Source: the human T2T-CHM13v2.0 reference genome, Homo sapiens. Taken from it: DNA of 64,000 nucleotides. The position numbers were made by a program, and so were the translations under genes. The DNA lies in NCBI RefSeq assembly GCF_009914755.1, contig NC_060935.1. One strand, given 5' to 3'. Below the pieces are notes generated by a model. It saw nothing but the letters and a program-made list of their open reading frames with translations. It was not told the origin of the DNA and did no database searches. Positions 13,101-33,462 of this stretch are shown here, one piece after another. How positions within the stretch are numbered: position 1 is the stretch's first letter; each line of letters begins with the position of its first letter.

Positions 13101-16100
13101 AGGCCTATACAAGCCACAGCCTTCATTGAGTTGGATTGGAGCATTGATTTGGATTTGTAACCCAGGCAGTAGGGAACCACTGAAAAATGTTGAGCCCCAG
13201 GAGTGGCAAGATAGAACTGAGCTCTAGGATGAATAACTTGGCAACAGTTTAAACAGGTGGAGAAGGGAGAGACTGGAAGACTTCCTGACTCAGACTACTT
13301 GGAAAACTCACGAAGATCTAACGTGTTTACCTCCCAATATTATCTTGAAGAGTAAATGAGATAGAGGATGTGGAAATACATTTGAAAAAATGAATCCGGA
13401 TGGTCCCTGTCCCAAGCTTCCTGGCCCCCGGCCCCCTGGCAGCAGCTGATCACCCTGACCCCTTGCCTTTAGGTGCCTTCAGGCAGCCTGGGTGAAGGTG
13501 TGGGCTCAGAGCCCAGCTGTGCCGGTCCCCTGTACCCTCCTGCTTTGCCCCCCTCTTCACTCCTGCTCTTCACTCCCTATTTGTTGCCTGCCCCTCCCTG
13601 CCTGGCTCTTGACATCCTTGACTTGGTTTCCCATTTCTGGCCTGGGAATACCCAATACCTGGGGATTGATGTGTTTCTTTTTCTAGAAATGCCCTTGACC
13701 CTTCCCAGGAAGCTGTCCCCTTCCTGGCCACTTGGAGGAACCACCTACTTAGACCACACCCATTCCAACAAAGCCCTGGTCCCCAGGAGCTCCTCCAGGG
13801 TGGCCTTGCAGGGGTGACTGGCTTAGAGAGGAGTGCTGAGAGAAACTGGGAGTTGGATACAGATTTAAATGAATGCTGCTACCATTCACTAGCTTGGGTA
13901 GGGGATTACTGAACTACTTGGAGCTTTGGTTTACTCCAGGGGAAAAGGAAAATAATGATGTGTCTCTCCATTTGGTTGTGAGGCTTAAATGAGGTAATGA
14001 TTTAAAGGGCTGGTTGGTGTCTAGTGAATATGAGTTGGCCACTGCCTTTTCTTCTGACTTTCCATTCCAGATGAAGACCATTTCTTAAGAGCTTCACATG
14101 TTTCTGCCCTCCTCTCTCTATTTTCCTTCTTCCTCTTTTGCAAAAGCTTTAGTATAAAAAGTGTAGTTATTTCTGCTCCAGGAGTTTCTACTGCTGCCTT
14201 GAGGGGGAGGTCCTCGAGATCCCAAGATAGAGCTTGAAGCACTCTTTCCTATAGAAAGAATGTTAATAAATGTTGGATACTTGCACAATGAGGACTTTGC
14301 CTAAGGAACATTCTGGGCCAGGCAGGCTTTCATGAAATCATAACAGCATTATTCATTTTCATGAGTGAGTACTTGGACAGATATTCCCAAGCAAGCAGCT
14401 TATCAGCATCCTTGCCAGAAACCATCTGATTGTAACCTGAGGACTATCTGTCCCCTTAGGTATTTACTGTTGCCCTCATAAGCCTTGGTAGGTGGTTGGC
14501 TTAGGAAGCATTTCACACTGATGCGGGAACCGTGTGAGCTTAGTGCCAAGTCCTGTGCTGTCCCGACTACTCATCTTTTTATAAAATCTAAGAACTTAAG
14601 TTTAATGGGATAAGACAGTCAGAAGGGACCTTGAAATATCTTACCTGTCCCCCACTCATATTTAAGCCATTCTTGAATGGCAAGAACTACCCCATTATAG
14701 AACACTTGCTGATGTTTGTGACTTTTCATGATGATTTCCTGTAAAGCCTCTTGCTGACAAGTCCTTTCTTGATGGCTGTGGGTGCACAGGCCCCTGATGG
14801 GGAAGAAATGCTCAGGGCTTTGCCGCATACCACTCCTACCACAAGAATATACTCTCCTGAAAACATCTCCATCACTTCTCTCTTGTACCATAAGCATAAA
14901 GGCCACTCCCTCCCCAGGCAAAGATGAGTGTCGAGGCCTTTTATGTGCCAGGGATTAGGGAAATCCAGCTCCGTAACTTCCCACTGTCCCTATCATTGCT
15001 CCATAGGGTGGGAAGGGAGAATGGTAGGCACATCCCAGTCTTTAAGGCAATATGAGAATCTACTTGTTGCTTCATCTAGAAAAATGTAACACTAATTCAG
15101 CAACTTCTGGGAACCAGACACCCTCGCAAGTGCTGCAGCAAGTTTTGTTTTTTGTTTTTTGTGTGTTTTTTTAATTTTTGTATTCACCACAACAAATCTG
15201 TAATGTGGATACACTATTAATGTCATTCCTATTTTAGAGATCCCAGGCTTTGGGAAATTAATGACTTATCAGCTGTGACTCACCCTGCTGAGAGTGGCAG
15301 AGTCAAATTTAAATATGACTCATGTCAGAGCCCAGTCACTGAGCACACTCCCAGGCTGTGATGGATGTGGAAGAGAGTGTGCCTGTCATGGAGCCTTAGC
15401 TCTGACCCCTATGCCTGTGACACACACACCTTTGAATGTGCCAGGTGGGGACAGGGGATCAGGGCTGGGCCAGGCAAGGCCTAGCGCCAGCCCCTGTGCT
15501 ACTGGTGGGAAGGGGAGGACACAGCCCTGCCTGAGCCTTACGATCCTATTGGTCAGTTTCCCTCCATGGCCTGTGTGTGTCAGGAGCACAAAGAGTCTTC
15601 CAGATGGTAGGTTTTACAGATGTGACGGTAGCATCTGCAGAGAGATGTAATCTTCAGTTTGCAGAGGAGAAAACCAAGTCCCAGAGTCCCTTCCCAGAAG
15701 AGCGAGTGAACGGTAGAGCCCCACCAGGACCCAGGTCTTCCCATTCCCCATCTACCGCCCATCTGCTGTTGGGAGGTTTGCAGTCGTGAGCGTTTCCCTT
15801 CCAAATGTAAACCAGTTGGGCTGCAGTTTCAGCCTGTTTCTTCTTTAGTGTTACAGGAGGTAGGAAACCACTGATTTCCCATCCAGTGTTCTATTACCAA
15901 TGTTCCCTTCAGCTTTCTCTTCCTCAGGCTAATAGTTCTTTGCTTCTTTGTTCTAAAAGAACTTGTTTTTTTAGTCCAATTTTCCGCATTCAGGTGCCTC
16001 ACTGACCCTCCCACATAACCTTTCCTTTTTCTCAATCCTTACTCCAAACTAAACCAGGTCTCTCCACGCTTGCCTCTTGAATTCTGGGCTCTGGTTCTTT

Positions 16101-16374
16101 TCCTGCTTCCTTTTTCTTTGTATGGTAGTTCTACTTCTTTTAAGAATTTTTCCCCAACTGAGGCCAAGCTGCTATCATGACCAGTGTTGGCCAAAACCAC
16201 TCTGTGATCTTTTGTTTTAATATGAACTTGGGTGTTTGTTTTTAGTTCTGTCCTAATGTCTCCACCTCCTGTCCTGGTGCTCCCTAACTTAGACAAAACT
16301 AAAAACATGTGAGATGGGGACAAGAGTCCAGGTAAGCTGTGTTTTCATTGGAAACTATCTGTTTTGCTTCTTAG

Positions 16375-16514
16375 GTACACAGATAAGCTGTTTCTCTCCA
16401 AGTTCTTTCTCCTGGCGTCAGGCTGCCTTTGTGGATTCATATTGCTGGGCGGCTGTTCAGCAGAAGAACTCACTGCAGAGCGAGTCTGGAAACCTCCCAC
16501 TGTGGCTGCATAAG
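16375..16514 (+). CDS. PANX1: Pannexin-1 exon 2 (G61-K107; first extracellular loop)
   Basis: ttag|GTACAC acceptor and AAG|gtaaag donor, 140 nt. Translates [47 protein letters not shown], including the 10Panx segment [10 protein letters not shown] and conserved Cys66/Cys84. Confidence 0.98.
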
Positions 16515-17796
16515 GTAAAGGGAGACATTTCCAAATAGAACCTGTTTGCTTTATAGATAAGGAAACTAAAGCCCAGGGAGGCTATGCCAAAGACCACACA
16601 GATATTGTAGCCAACCAGTGCTGTATCTCAGATTGTAAAACTGTAGCACCTTATAGTCAAAAAGAACCTCAGAGATGACTTGGTGTAGGCACCATCATTT
16701 AGCACAATGGGGCAATGGGAAGTGTTCTTTGAGTTTTAGCTCTATAACAGCAGGCACCTTTTGTGTCTTGACACCTTTATATCATAATGCCCAGCAGGAT
16801 GTCTGGCCCGTAGTAGGTTCTTAGTACATTTTGAGTGTCTGAATGAGCATAGCTAGACAGTGGCAGAGCTAGGATTCATGCATAGCTTCTCAGCTAGCAC
16901 CTTTTCTACCACACACAGGGTCTCTTGCAGAAAGTAAGGACTGACCTAGAGTTCAGTTGCTTCTAGCTGATACGTTACTGGAACATCAAAAAGCCTAGTG
17001 ATGAGGCCCTCTGGGGGTGTTGGCTGTAGCACTGTTTTTGGAATGGATCCCTTTGCTTTTTGATAGATCCAGATACTGCAGGGAAGGGGAGATACTACAC
17101 AAGAGACACCAATGTCTGGGTTCCACTCCACTTCCCATAGAGAAGAGGTACATTCTGTAGTCAGGGAAGTGGTGGTTTGTGCATGCAGGTGGCAGGGGAT
17201 GCAGTGAGGAACTTAGGCAGCAGTTGATAAGTTTGTGCAGAAGAATGTTCTCTGAGTTATGAAGTGACTGCATTAGGTCTTCTCTGTGCTTCTGAAAGTA
17301 GGACTTTGTTTCAGCCTGTCATTAATTTCAACCACTGTTTCTTTTGTCCATTGTGAAAACAATTAGAATGTGTATCTTCTGGTATTCTTTTCTGCTGAAG
17401 AAAATATAGAATTTTAGCTTTCGAAAACCCAAAAGCCAAAGTTTGACTCTCTTCTGCTTTGACCTGCTTCCAGACACACCATCAGCATCCTTCTTCGTAA
17501 AAGGAATGATTTAAGGGAGCTATGACTCAGGCATGTTTGTTTATAGTTGACCCTTGAACAATGTGGGGGTCGGGGCACTGGTCCCCTGCACAGTCAAAAA
17601 TTTGTGTGTAACATTTGACTTCCCCAAAACTTAACTACTGATAGCCTACTGTTGACTGGAAGCCTTACCAATAACATAAACAGTCAATTAACACATATTT
17701 TATATGCTATATGTATTATATACTGTATTCTTACAATAAGCTAGAGAACAGAAAATGTTATTAAGAATATTATAAGGAAAAGAAAATATATTTACT

Positions 17797-18464
<668 letters not shown>

Positions 18465-19600
18465 TATTTATTAAGTGGAAGTAGAACATCATAAAGGTCT
18501 TCATCCTCGTTGTCTTTATGTTGAGTAGCTCAGGAGGAGGAGGAAGAGGAGAGGTTGTTCATGCTGTATCAGGAGCGGTAGAGGCAGAAGAAAAGCCCCA
18601 TAAAAGTGGGCCCATGTAGTTCAAATTCATGTTGTTCAAGCGTCAACTGTACTGCTTGCCATTTTGCATAGTGGTGCCCTATAGTGACTCTTTTCTCCTT
18701 TTAGGTTGGGCTTTTCTCTTTATTTTCAGCCATAGGTGGGTTCTCGTCAGCTTTGCATGGTTTAGTAGCCAAGGCAACAAATAATAGGACTTGCAGTGTG
18801 AATGACCACAGTTCTAAAGTTTAACAGCTTGCTTTGTAAATCCAAATTTTTACTGTTGTAGTTTAAGTTCGTTTGTTATAGTGTTCTCATGAAAATAGAG
18901 AGTTTTAATGAGTCACTGGGCTGCCTTTGATGGATCCGCAGGAGAATTGTCTAAGAGTTGGCAGGGGTGTTAGTAATTATTTTAGAGCAAGAATAAACTG
19001 AAAGATTTTTTATCCAGATGTATTTTACATTTAAGGGTAAGGGAACTTTGAGGGATCTAGCCTAAAGGTTATAGGACCAGTTACTGACCAACACATCAGA
19101 GCTCAGATCTTCAGACTTCTAGCCCATTGCTCTTCTAGTCAAGGAAGGGGAAATCTGGAAACAGTATAGGTAGCCAAACCTTAAGTTACCTGGTATTAAT
19201 GAGAGATTAAGAAACCCTCTTTCTGGCAGTGGAAGACTGCTTGTTTGAATGGAGGTTTATCTAAGTTTCTCAGCAGAGCTCTTGCCAGATTCACAAGGCT
19301 GGGGACAGAAATTGAAGTCAGGACCTGCCACGTTGGAAGGACCCTTATTAACACTCCTTGGCATTTGGTTGGGACTCTGAAAGGCTGTTCCTTGAGAATA
19401 AGGGGCGATCCAGAATTAATCTAGCTCCCATAGGGACAAGAGTCCTGATTTAAATCATTGCAATAGCAGTTGAATGACAGAGATCGGGGATTACGAGTGT
19501 CTGGTCTACTTGCCTGCCAGAAGTAAAAATAAATCCTTTCTGGAGGATTTTCTGGGTGTGATTATCATTCATCTTTTTTTAAAAAAAATTATTTTTCTCG

Positions 19601-25747
<6,147 letters not shown>

Positions 25748-25756
25748 AACCTCTCT

Positions 25757-26030
25757 TTTTTTTTTTTTTTTTTGAGACAGGGTCTCACTTTGTCACCCAG
25801 GCCTGAGTGTAGTGGCACAAACATGGCTCACTGCAGCCTCAATCTCCTGGGTGTAAGGCAGTCCTCCTGCCACAGCCCACCAAGTAGCTGGGACTACAGG
25901 CATGCACCACTGCATGTGGCTAATTTTTGTTATTTTTTGTAGAAATGGTCTCAAACTCCCGAGTTCAAGAGATCCACTTATCTTGGCCTTCCAGAGTGTT
26001 GGGATTACAGGCGTGAGCCACCACACCTGG
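25757..26030 (-). mobile_element. AluJ
   Basis: T-tail, then gagacagggtctcact...ggctcactgcagcctc (J-type) ...ccaccacacctggc. Confidence 0.9.
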
Positions 26031-28204
26031 CTTATTTTTCTTACTTTTTATTTTAATTTTTAAGTTTTATGGTTACATAATATTTGTACATATTTGTGGA
26101 CTACATGTGATATTTTGATATAAGCATAGAATGTATAATGAGCAAATCAGGGAATGAAAGTGTTAGAAGTGGGCATCCTTGTTCCATATCTTAGAGGAAA
26201 GGCTTTCAGTTTTTCCCCATTCTTTGTGACACTAGCTGTGGGTTTGTTGTAAGTCTTCTTTATTATATTGAGGTATGTTCCTTCTGTACTCAGTTTGTTC
26301 AGGGTTTTTATCATGAAGGGATGTTGACTGTTACTGAATGCTTTTTTGGCATCTATGGAAATGATCATATGCTTTTTGTCCTTCATTCTGTTGATGTGAT
26401 GTATCAAATTTATTGATTTGCATATGTTGAACTATCCTTGCATCCCTAAGATAAATCCCACTTGGTTGTGATGAATGATCTTTTTAATGTGTTATTGAAT
26501 CAGTTTGCTAGGATTTTATTGAGGATTTTTATATCTGTGTTCATCGGAGGTATTGGCTTATAATTTTACTTGTCTTTGTCTGATTTTGGTGTCATGGTTA
26601 AGACTGGCTTTATAAAATTATTCCCTCCTCTAAGGATGGTTTGGAATTATTCCCTCCTCAGTTTTTTTGAATACTTTAAGTAGGGTTGGTGTTAGTTCTT
26701 TTTTAAAAGTTTGGTAGAATTTAGCAGTGAAGCCATCAGGTCCTGGGCTTTTCTTTGATGGGAGACTTATTATTACTGCCTCTCCCTTGTTACTTGCTAT
26801 TGGTCTATTCAGGTTTTGTATTTCTTCATGGTCCAATCTTGGTAGGTTGTATGTGTCTAGAAATTTATCAATTTTTTTTAGGTTTTGCAATTTATTGGCA
26901 TATCGTTGCTCATAATAGTCTTTAGTGATCCTTTGAATTTCTGTGGTATGAATGATAATGTCTCCTTTTTTGTCTCTAATTTTATTTATTTGGTCTTTCT
27001 TTTTTTTTTAGTCTGGCTAAAGGTTTGTTGATTTTGTCTTTTCAAAAAACCAACTTTTAAATTTTATTGATGTTTTGTATTTTTTTGGTTTCAATTTTAT
27101 TTCTGCTCTTTAATAGTCTACTGAATTTGTGTTTGATTTGCTCTTGCTTTTCTAGTTCTTTAAGATCTGTCATTAAGCTGTTTATTTGAAGTCTTTCTAC
27201 TTTTTTGATGTAGGTATTTATTGCTTTAAACATCCCTGTTAGTACTGCTTTTGCTATATCCAGTAGGTTTTGGTATGTTGTGTTCTCATTTTCATTTGTT
27301 TCAAGAAATTTTTAAACTTTATTCTTAATCTCTTCATTGACCCAGTGGTCATTCAGGAGCATATTAATTTCCATGTGTTTAGTTTCCAAAGTTTCTCTTG
27401 TCATTGATTTCTGACCTTGTGGTCAGAAAAGATACTTTTATGATTTCAATTATTTTGAATTTTTCGAGACTTGTTTTGTGGCCTAACATGTGGTCTATCT
27501 GTGAGAATGTTCCATTTGCTAAAGAGCAGAATGTTCTGCAGCTATTGCATGAAATGTTCTGTAAATGTCTGTTAGGTATATTTGGCCTACAGTGTAGCTT
27601 GAGCCTGATATTTCTTTATTTTTTGTCTAGATGATCTGCTCAATACTGAAAGTCGGGCGTGAAGTTCCCGACTATTATTATATTGGGCTTTATCCCTCTT
27701 TAGCTCTAATAATATTTTCTTTATATATCTGAGTGCTCCAGCATTGGGTGCTTATATATTTACAATTGTTACACCCTCTTAGTGAATTGATCCCGTTATC
27801 ATTATATAATGACTTACTTTTTATCTTTTTACAGTTTCTGTATTGAGATTTATTTTATCTGATACATGTATAGCTATTCCCGCTCTTTTTTGGTTTCTGT
27901 TTGCATGGAATATATTTTTCAGCCCTTCATTTTCAGCCTATATGTGTCTTATAGGTGAAGTGAGTTTCTGGTCAGCAGCGTTTGGTTGGGTCTTGGTTTT
28001 TTATCCAGTGAGCCATTCTTTCTCTTGATTGAAGAATTTAGTTCATTTACATTCAATGTGATTATTGATAGGTAAGGACTTACTACTGCAATTTTGTTAT
28101 TTGTTTTCTGGTTGTTTTGTTAGTTTCTCTTTTTTTCCTTTTTCTCTGTCTTCCTTTGTGTATAAATGATTTTTTTGGTAGTATGTTTTAATTTCTTGCT
28201 TTTT

Positions 28205-28393
28205 ATTTTTATTTATTTTTTTTAATTTTTTAATTTTATTATTATTATACTTTAAGTTTTAGGGTACATGTGCACAACGTGCAGGTTTGTTACTAATGAG
28301 CAAAATAACCAGCTAACATCATAATGACAGGATCAAATTCACACATAACAATATTAACTTTAAATGTAAATGGGCTAAATGCTCCAATTAAAA
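28205..28393. mobile_element. Very short 5'-inverted L1PA insertion
   Basis: L1PA 3' end on the - strand (28205-28293) fused to the L1PA inter-ORF spacer/ORF2 start on the + strand (ATGACAGGATCAAATTCACAC at 28324); TSD-like ttct..gctttttatttt on both sides. Confidence 0.85.
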
Positions 28394-28512
28394 ATTCTCA
28401 GCTTTTTATTTTTTGTGTATCTATTATAGGCTTTTACTTTGTTTGCCATGAGGCTGCACATGAGGCTGTGATTGGAATTAAGTTATCTTCCGTTTAAAAT
28501 AATTGGTTATGT

Positions 28513-28832
<320 letters not shown>

Positions 28833-31196
28833 TTGGTTATGTTATTAACCAATTATTTTAAACTGAAGATAACTTAATTCCAATTACAATGAAAATAAAA
28901 AAACAAGCCAAAAGAAAACTAAAAAGTTCTGGACTTTAACTTCATCCCCCCCTCGCTTTCGACTTCTTGTCACTTTATATCTTTTTATATTGTGTATCTC
29001 CTAACAACTTGTAATTATGATTATTTTTGATACGTTTACCTTAGGGTCTTCATTTTAAGGTATGAGTGGTTTACATACCACAATTACAGTGTTAGAGTAT
29101 TCTGTATTTGTCTGTGTACTTACTTTTACCAGTGAGTCTGTATTTTTAGATGATTTCTTGTTGCTCCTTACCATCCTTTTCTTTCAGACTGAAGAACTCC
29201 TTTTACCATGTCTCGTAAGACAGTTCTAGTGTTGATGAAATACCTCAGCTTTTGTTTGTCTGGGAAAGTCTTTATTTCACCTTTATGTTTGAAGGATAAC
29301 TTTGCTGGTGATGATATTCTAGGTTGGAAGCTTTTTTCCTTTAGTGCTTTGAATATGTCATCCCACTCCCTCCTGGACTGTAAGGTTTCCACTGAAAAGT
29401 CTGCTGCCAGATATCTTGGAACTCTTTTATATGTAATTTGCATCTTTTCACCTGGTGTTTTTGGGATCCTTTCTTTGTCCTTCACCTTTGAAAGTTGGAT
29501 TATTGTATTCCTTGAGGTAGTCTTGCTTGGGTTGAGTCTTCTTTGTGTCCTTTAACCTTCTCATACCTGCATATTATATCAGGCATCTATCTGGTGCTTT
29601 ATTTTATTGTGACTGAGCCTGATATCTAAGTTGCAAGACAGTATCCTCTGTACTCTTTCCTCTCCTTTGCCCAAGTTGAAAGATCTCTCCCCAAGCTGCA
29701 CTGCTTGGAGTTGGGAGAGAGGTGATGCAGGTGTTCCCATGGCTGGTACAGTTAATGTCGTACTGGGTCACATCCCAAGCCCACTGCTTCTAAGACCAGT
29801 GCAGCACCAGGGCTTGTCCAAGGCCTACAGTTACTATGTCCTGATTGGCACTCAGATTTATTTGGGGCCCTAAGTCACTTTAGTCAGTTGGTGGTGAAGC
29901 CAGCAGGAGTCACTTTTCTCCCACTGGGGCAGAAGATTCCCCTCTGGCCCAGGGCTGGTCTAAATGCTTCTTTTGTGGGACCTGGCAGAAGTCTGCCTGG
30001 TGTTGTGTGAGGCTTTGACAAGGCAGCACTGAGTTCCAGTGCAAAGTCGCATACTCATTTTGCTCTCCCTCCTTCAAGCACACGGATTCTTCTCCAGACT
30101 GCACTGCCTGGGTTTAGGGGAGGGGTGGTGTAAGCAGTGCAAGACCGTACTTCCTACTCTCTTCAATGCCACTTTCGTTGTTATGTTAAAACCAGGTACA
30201 GTGATTGCTCCTCTGATTTTTTAGTTCTTAGGAGGGTGCTTTCTTGCATGGATACTTTATATCTTTTTATATTGTCTATCTCCTAATGGGGGTCAATCAT
30301 TGGAGGGTTCAATTCAGCCATTTTGCTCTGCCTCCTCTTATGTACTGTCAAATTCTTGCTCAGGTTTTTCACATATGATATTCAGCACTCACTAGGAAAT
30401 AACTAGATGTACAAGAAAACCAAGAGAAAAATCAGAAATAGAAACAAACCTGTTGGAGATCCAGATAGTGGATTGATCAACCATGCATTTTAACTAATCA
30501 TTAATCATATATTCAAAGAATTATGATTATATGGAGATTTTTTACGTAGAACTGACTGAAAACTGCACCAAAATAATCAAATAGAAATTCTTGAGCTGAA
30601 AACATTTAGTCACAGTTGATTTCAGCTAACGTTGATTGAGGGCCTACCATATGCTGGAATGTATGTGCAGTGGCAGAAAGCCACAGATGACATGGTCCCT
30701 TCATCAAGGAGCTTGTTGTTTAGTGGAAAAAATAAACATGGAAGAAGGCAGTGAGAGGGAATAATCAGCTAAATGGTAAAAGGAGAGTGTTTCAGACAGT
30801 AGTGAACTCTGTTAAATGCTGCTGCAGAGAAGCCAGTGCAGTCTGGGAGAAATACAACTTACTGGATTTAATGAAAATATTGGGGATCCAGCAGGAATGA
30901 TTTTAGTGGAGAAGTGGGAGGCAGATGGCTGTGGTGAAGAGTGAATGGGAGGTAAGGAAATGAAGATGATTAGACAATTTCTTCACAATTTTTTTTCCCT
31001 TTTCATAAACTCTCTCTTCCTGATAACCAGAAGAGAGAGGAACAAGCTGGGTGACAACTGGAAGGAAAATACAGGCCCAAAAGCACAAAAAAAGCACTGT
31101 CTGGGAGGGTGGGAAGCACTTTCTGGGGGAGGCGTGGCCTGTTGGGGGCATTGGGGCCTTGATTAACTATGATGCAGGGTAGGCTAGGTTACAGGG

Positions 31197-31611
31197 GACT
31201 TTGAAAACTAACCAGATGGATGGGCTAAATGCTGGGGACAGCGGGAGCCATTGCAGATACCTGAGCAGGGTGAACTTGGCGGTTCCAAGAGTTAAGCCTC
31301 AGTAATGGTGTACAGGAGAGAATAGAGGCAGGGAGAGCCACTTGGTAAGCACAGAGTGAGGGTTCTAATTAGGGAACAGAAAGGAAAAGAAGCAGTTTTG
31401 TCCAAGAAGGCAAAGAGCAAACAAAAAGCAATACTCTTATGTCTTATTGCTGATTAGAAGATCACGCAAAAGGATAGTCGAAAGTGACATCAAGGGCCTA
31501 GACCAGGGTCAGCAAACTTCTGCAGAGGGCCAGATCATAAAGTTTTTTTGTCATTGCAGATCACATGGTCACTGTCGCAGCTACTTAGTTCTGCAGAGTA
31601 GACATGATTGC
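31197..31611 (+). repeat. Donor copy of a 415-bp dispersed duplication
   Basis: 414/415 identical to 39990-40404 by manual comparison. Confidence 0.95.
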
Positions 31612-31657
31612 TTGTGGCCAGATTTGGCTCAGGGGCAGCAGTTTGCTGATCCTTGGT
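31503..31657. mobile_element. MER58A-like hAT MITE
   Basis: TIRs cagggtcagcaaac / gtttgctgatccttg flanked by ctagac / gtctag. Confidence 0.7.
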
Positions 31658-32318
31658 CTAGAGTGACAGCAGTTGAGATCTAGGGTGACAGCAGTGGAGG
31701 TGGGAAGTGCATCTTTTCTAAGACTCAGGGCATCTTTTCTAAGATACGGAAGTAACAAGATGTGCTGATTGGACATGGGAAGATGAGAGAAAGATCAGGA
31801 TTAAGGACATGACCAAGGTTTCAGGCACCGGATGGAATGACACCTTCATGACACTTGAAGAAGCCTGGTGAAGAAGCAGATTTTGGAGGAAAATCAAAGA
31901 GTTCTGCTTGAACATGTTGAATCAGGTGCTGTGGTCCAGATGATGTGTCAGGTGGGCAGTGAGATATGGTATCTGGAGATTGCAGGCTAGAATAGAGCTA
32001 TAGATATGGCAGATTGTCAGAAAATAGATAGTGTTTAAAGCTATAGGAGTGGATGGTGTTTCTTAGGGGGTGATTATATGTAGACAGGGGCAAGGTCTGA
32101 GGGCTGCTCCAACATGGAGAGAGGGTGGGGTAGGACCAGTCAACAGAGGAGACACAGAGAGGTGGGGTGATGAGGAAAGTTAAACAGTGTGCTGTATGCT
32201 TGAAAGGCAGGGTATCTTGTAAAGAAAGATGGTGTCAATGTGATAACCTGTGTCAGATGCTGCCAAGAGTGCGAGTAAGGTGAGGACTGAGACTTAGGCT
32301 AACTCTACATTTGGGTGG

Positions 32319-32775
32319 TATCATGGGCTGAATTGTGTCCCCCAAAAGATATGTCGAAGTTTTAACCCAGTGTGCCCTAAACTGTGACACCTTATTTGGA
32401 AATATAATTATAGCAGATGTAATTAGTTAAGATGGGGTCTTACTGCAGTAGGGTGGGCCTTTAACTCAGTATGACTGCTATCCTCATAAGAAGAGGGGAA
32501 TTTGGACACAGACATGCTCAGAGGGAAGACAACATGAAGACACTCAGGGAGAAAACAGCCGCATGCCCACAGGGGGCTGGATTGGAGTTATGCAGCCAAG
32601 CCAAGGAATGCTGGGGCGACTGGAAGCTGGAAGACGCTGGGAGGATCCTGCCATGGAGACTCGGGAGGGAGCATGGCCCTGCTAGCACCTTGATTTTGAA
32701 CTCCTCACCTCTAAAACCATGAAAGAAAAAATTTCTGTGGTTTTAAGCCATCAAATTTGTGGGATTTGGTTGGTA
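32319..32775 (+). mobile_element. MLT1B/C MaLR solo LTR
   Basis: gggctgaattgtgtcccccaaaagatatgtcgaag...ccttatttggaaata...tttctgtggttttaagcca. Confidence 0.75.
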
Positions 32776-32929
32776 ATGCCAGGAGTTAGAGAGAAATGAA
32801 GATTCAGCCTAATTGGAGAAATAAAACCTATACCAGATAGGAATATTAGTGCATGGCTTTCTTAGGCCAGATTCAGTAATCGCAGCTGCTTTATTTCTAC
32901 GTTGATCTCTTTTTCAAGTTTTTCTTTTT

Positions 32930-33462
32930 CTTTTTTGATAAAATATACATAACATAAAATTTACCTTTCTCTTTGTAGGTATATAGCCCAGTGGCATTAA
33001 GTACATTTACATTGTTGCGAAACCATCGCCATTACCCATCTCCTGAATTTTTCATCTTCCCAAACTGAGACCTGCATCCATTAAGCAGTAATTTTCCATT
33101 TCCCCATCCCCCCAGCCCCTGGCAACCTCCATTCTGTTTTCTGTCTCTCTGCATTTGTCTATTCTAGATACCTCATATAAGTGAAACCATACAATATTTG
33201 TCCTTTTGTGTCTGGCTTATCTCACTGAAGAAAATGTTTTCACAGTTCATTAATGTGGTGACATACATCAGAATCTCCTTCCTTTTTAAGACTGAATAAC
33301 ATCCCATTGTAAATTTGTACGAGATTTTGTTTATCCGTTCATCAGCGCATACTTGGGTTGCTTGCCCTTATTGGCTATTGTGAATATTGCTGCTGTGAAC
33401 ATCTGTTCGAGTCCTCACTTTGTTTCTTTTGGATACATACCCCAAAGTGGAATTGCTGGATT
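32930..33462 (-). mobile_element. L1MB 3' fragment
   Basis: aaaatatacataacataaaatttacc...gtggcattaagtacatttacattgttg...ggaattgctggat. Confidence 0.75.

Noticed and set aside
31447-31683. Identical ORFs MLIRRSRKR... at 31447 and 40240 as a duplicated small gene
   Set aside because: By-product of the 415-bp duplication; non-ATG start and overlap with MER58.
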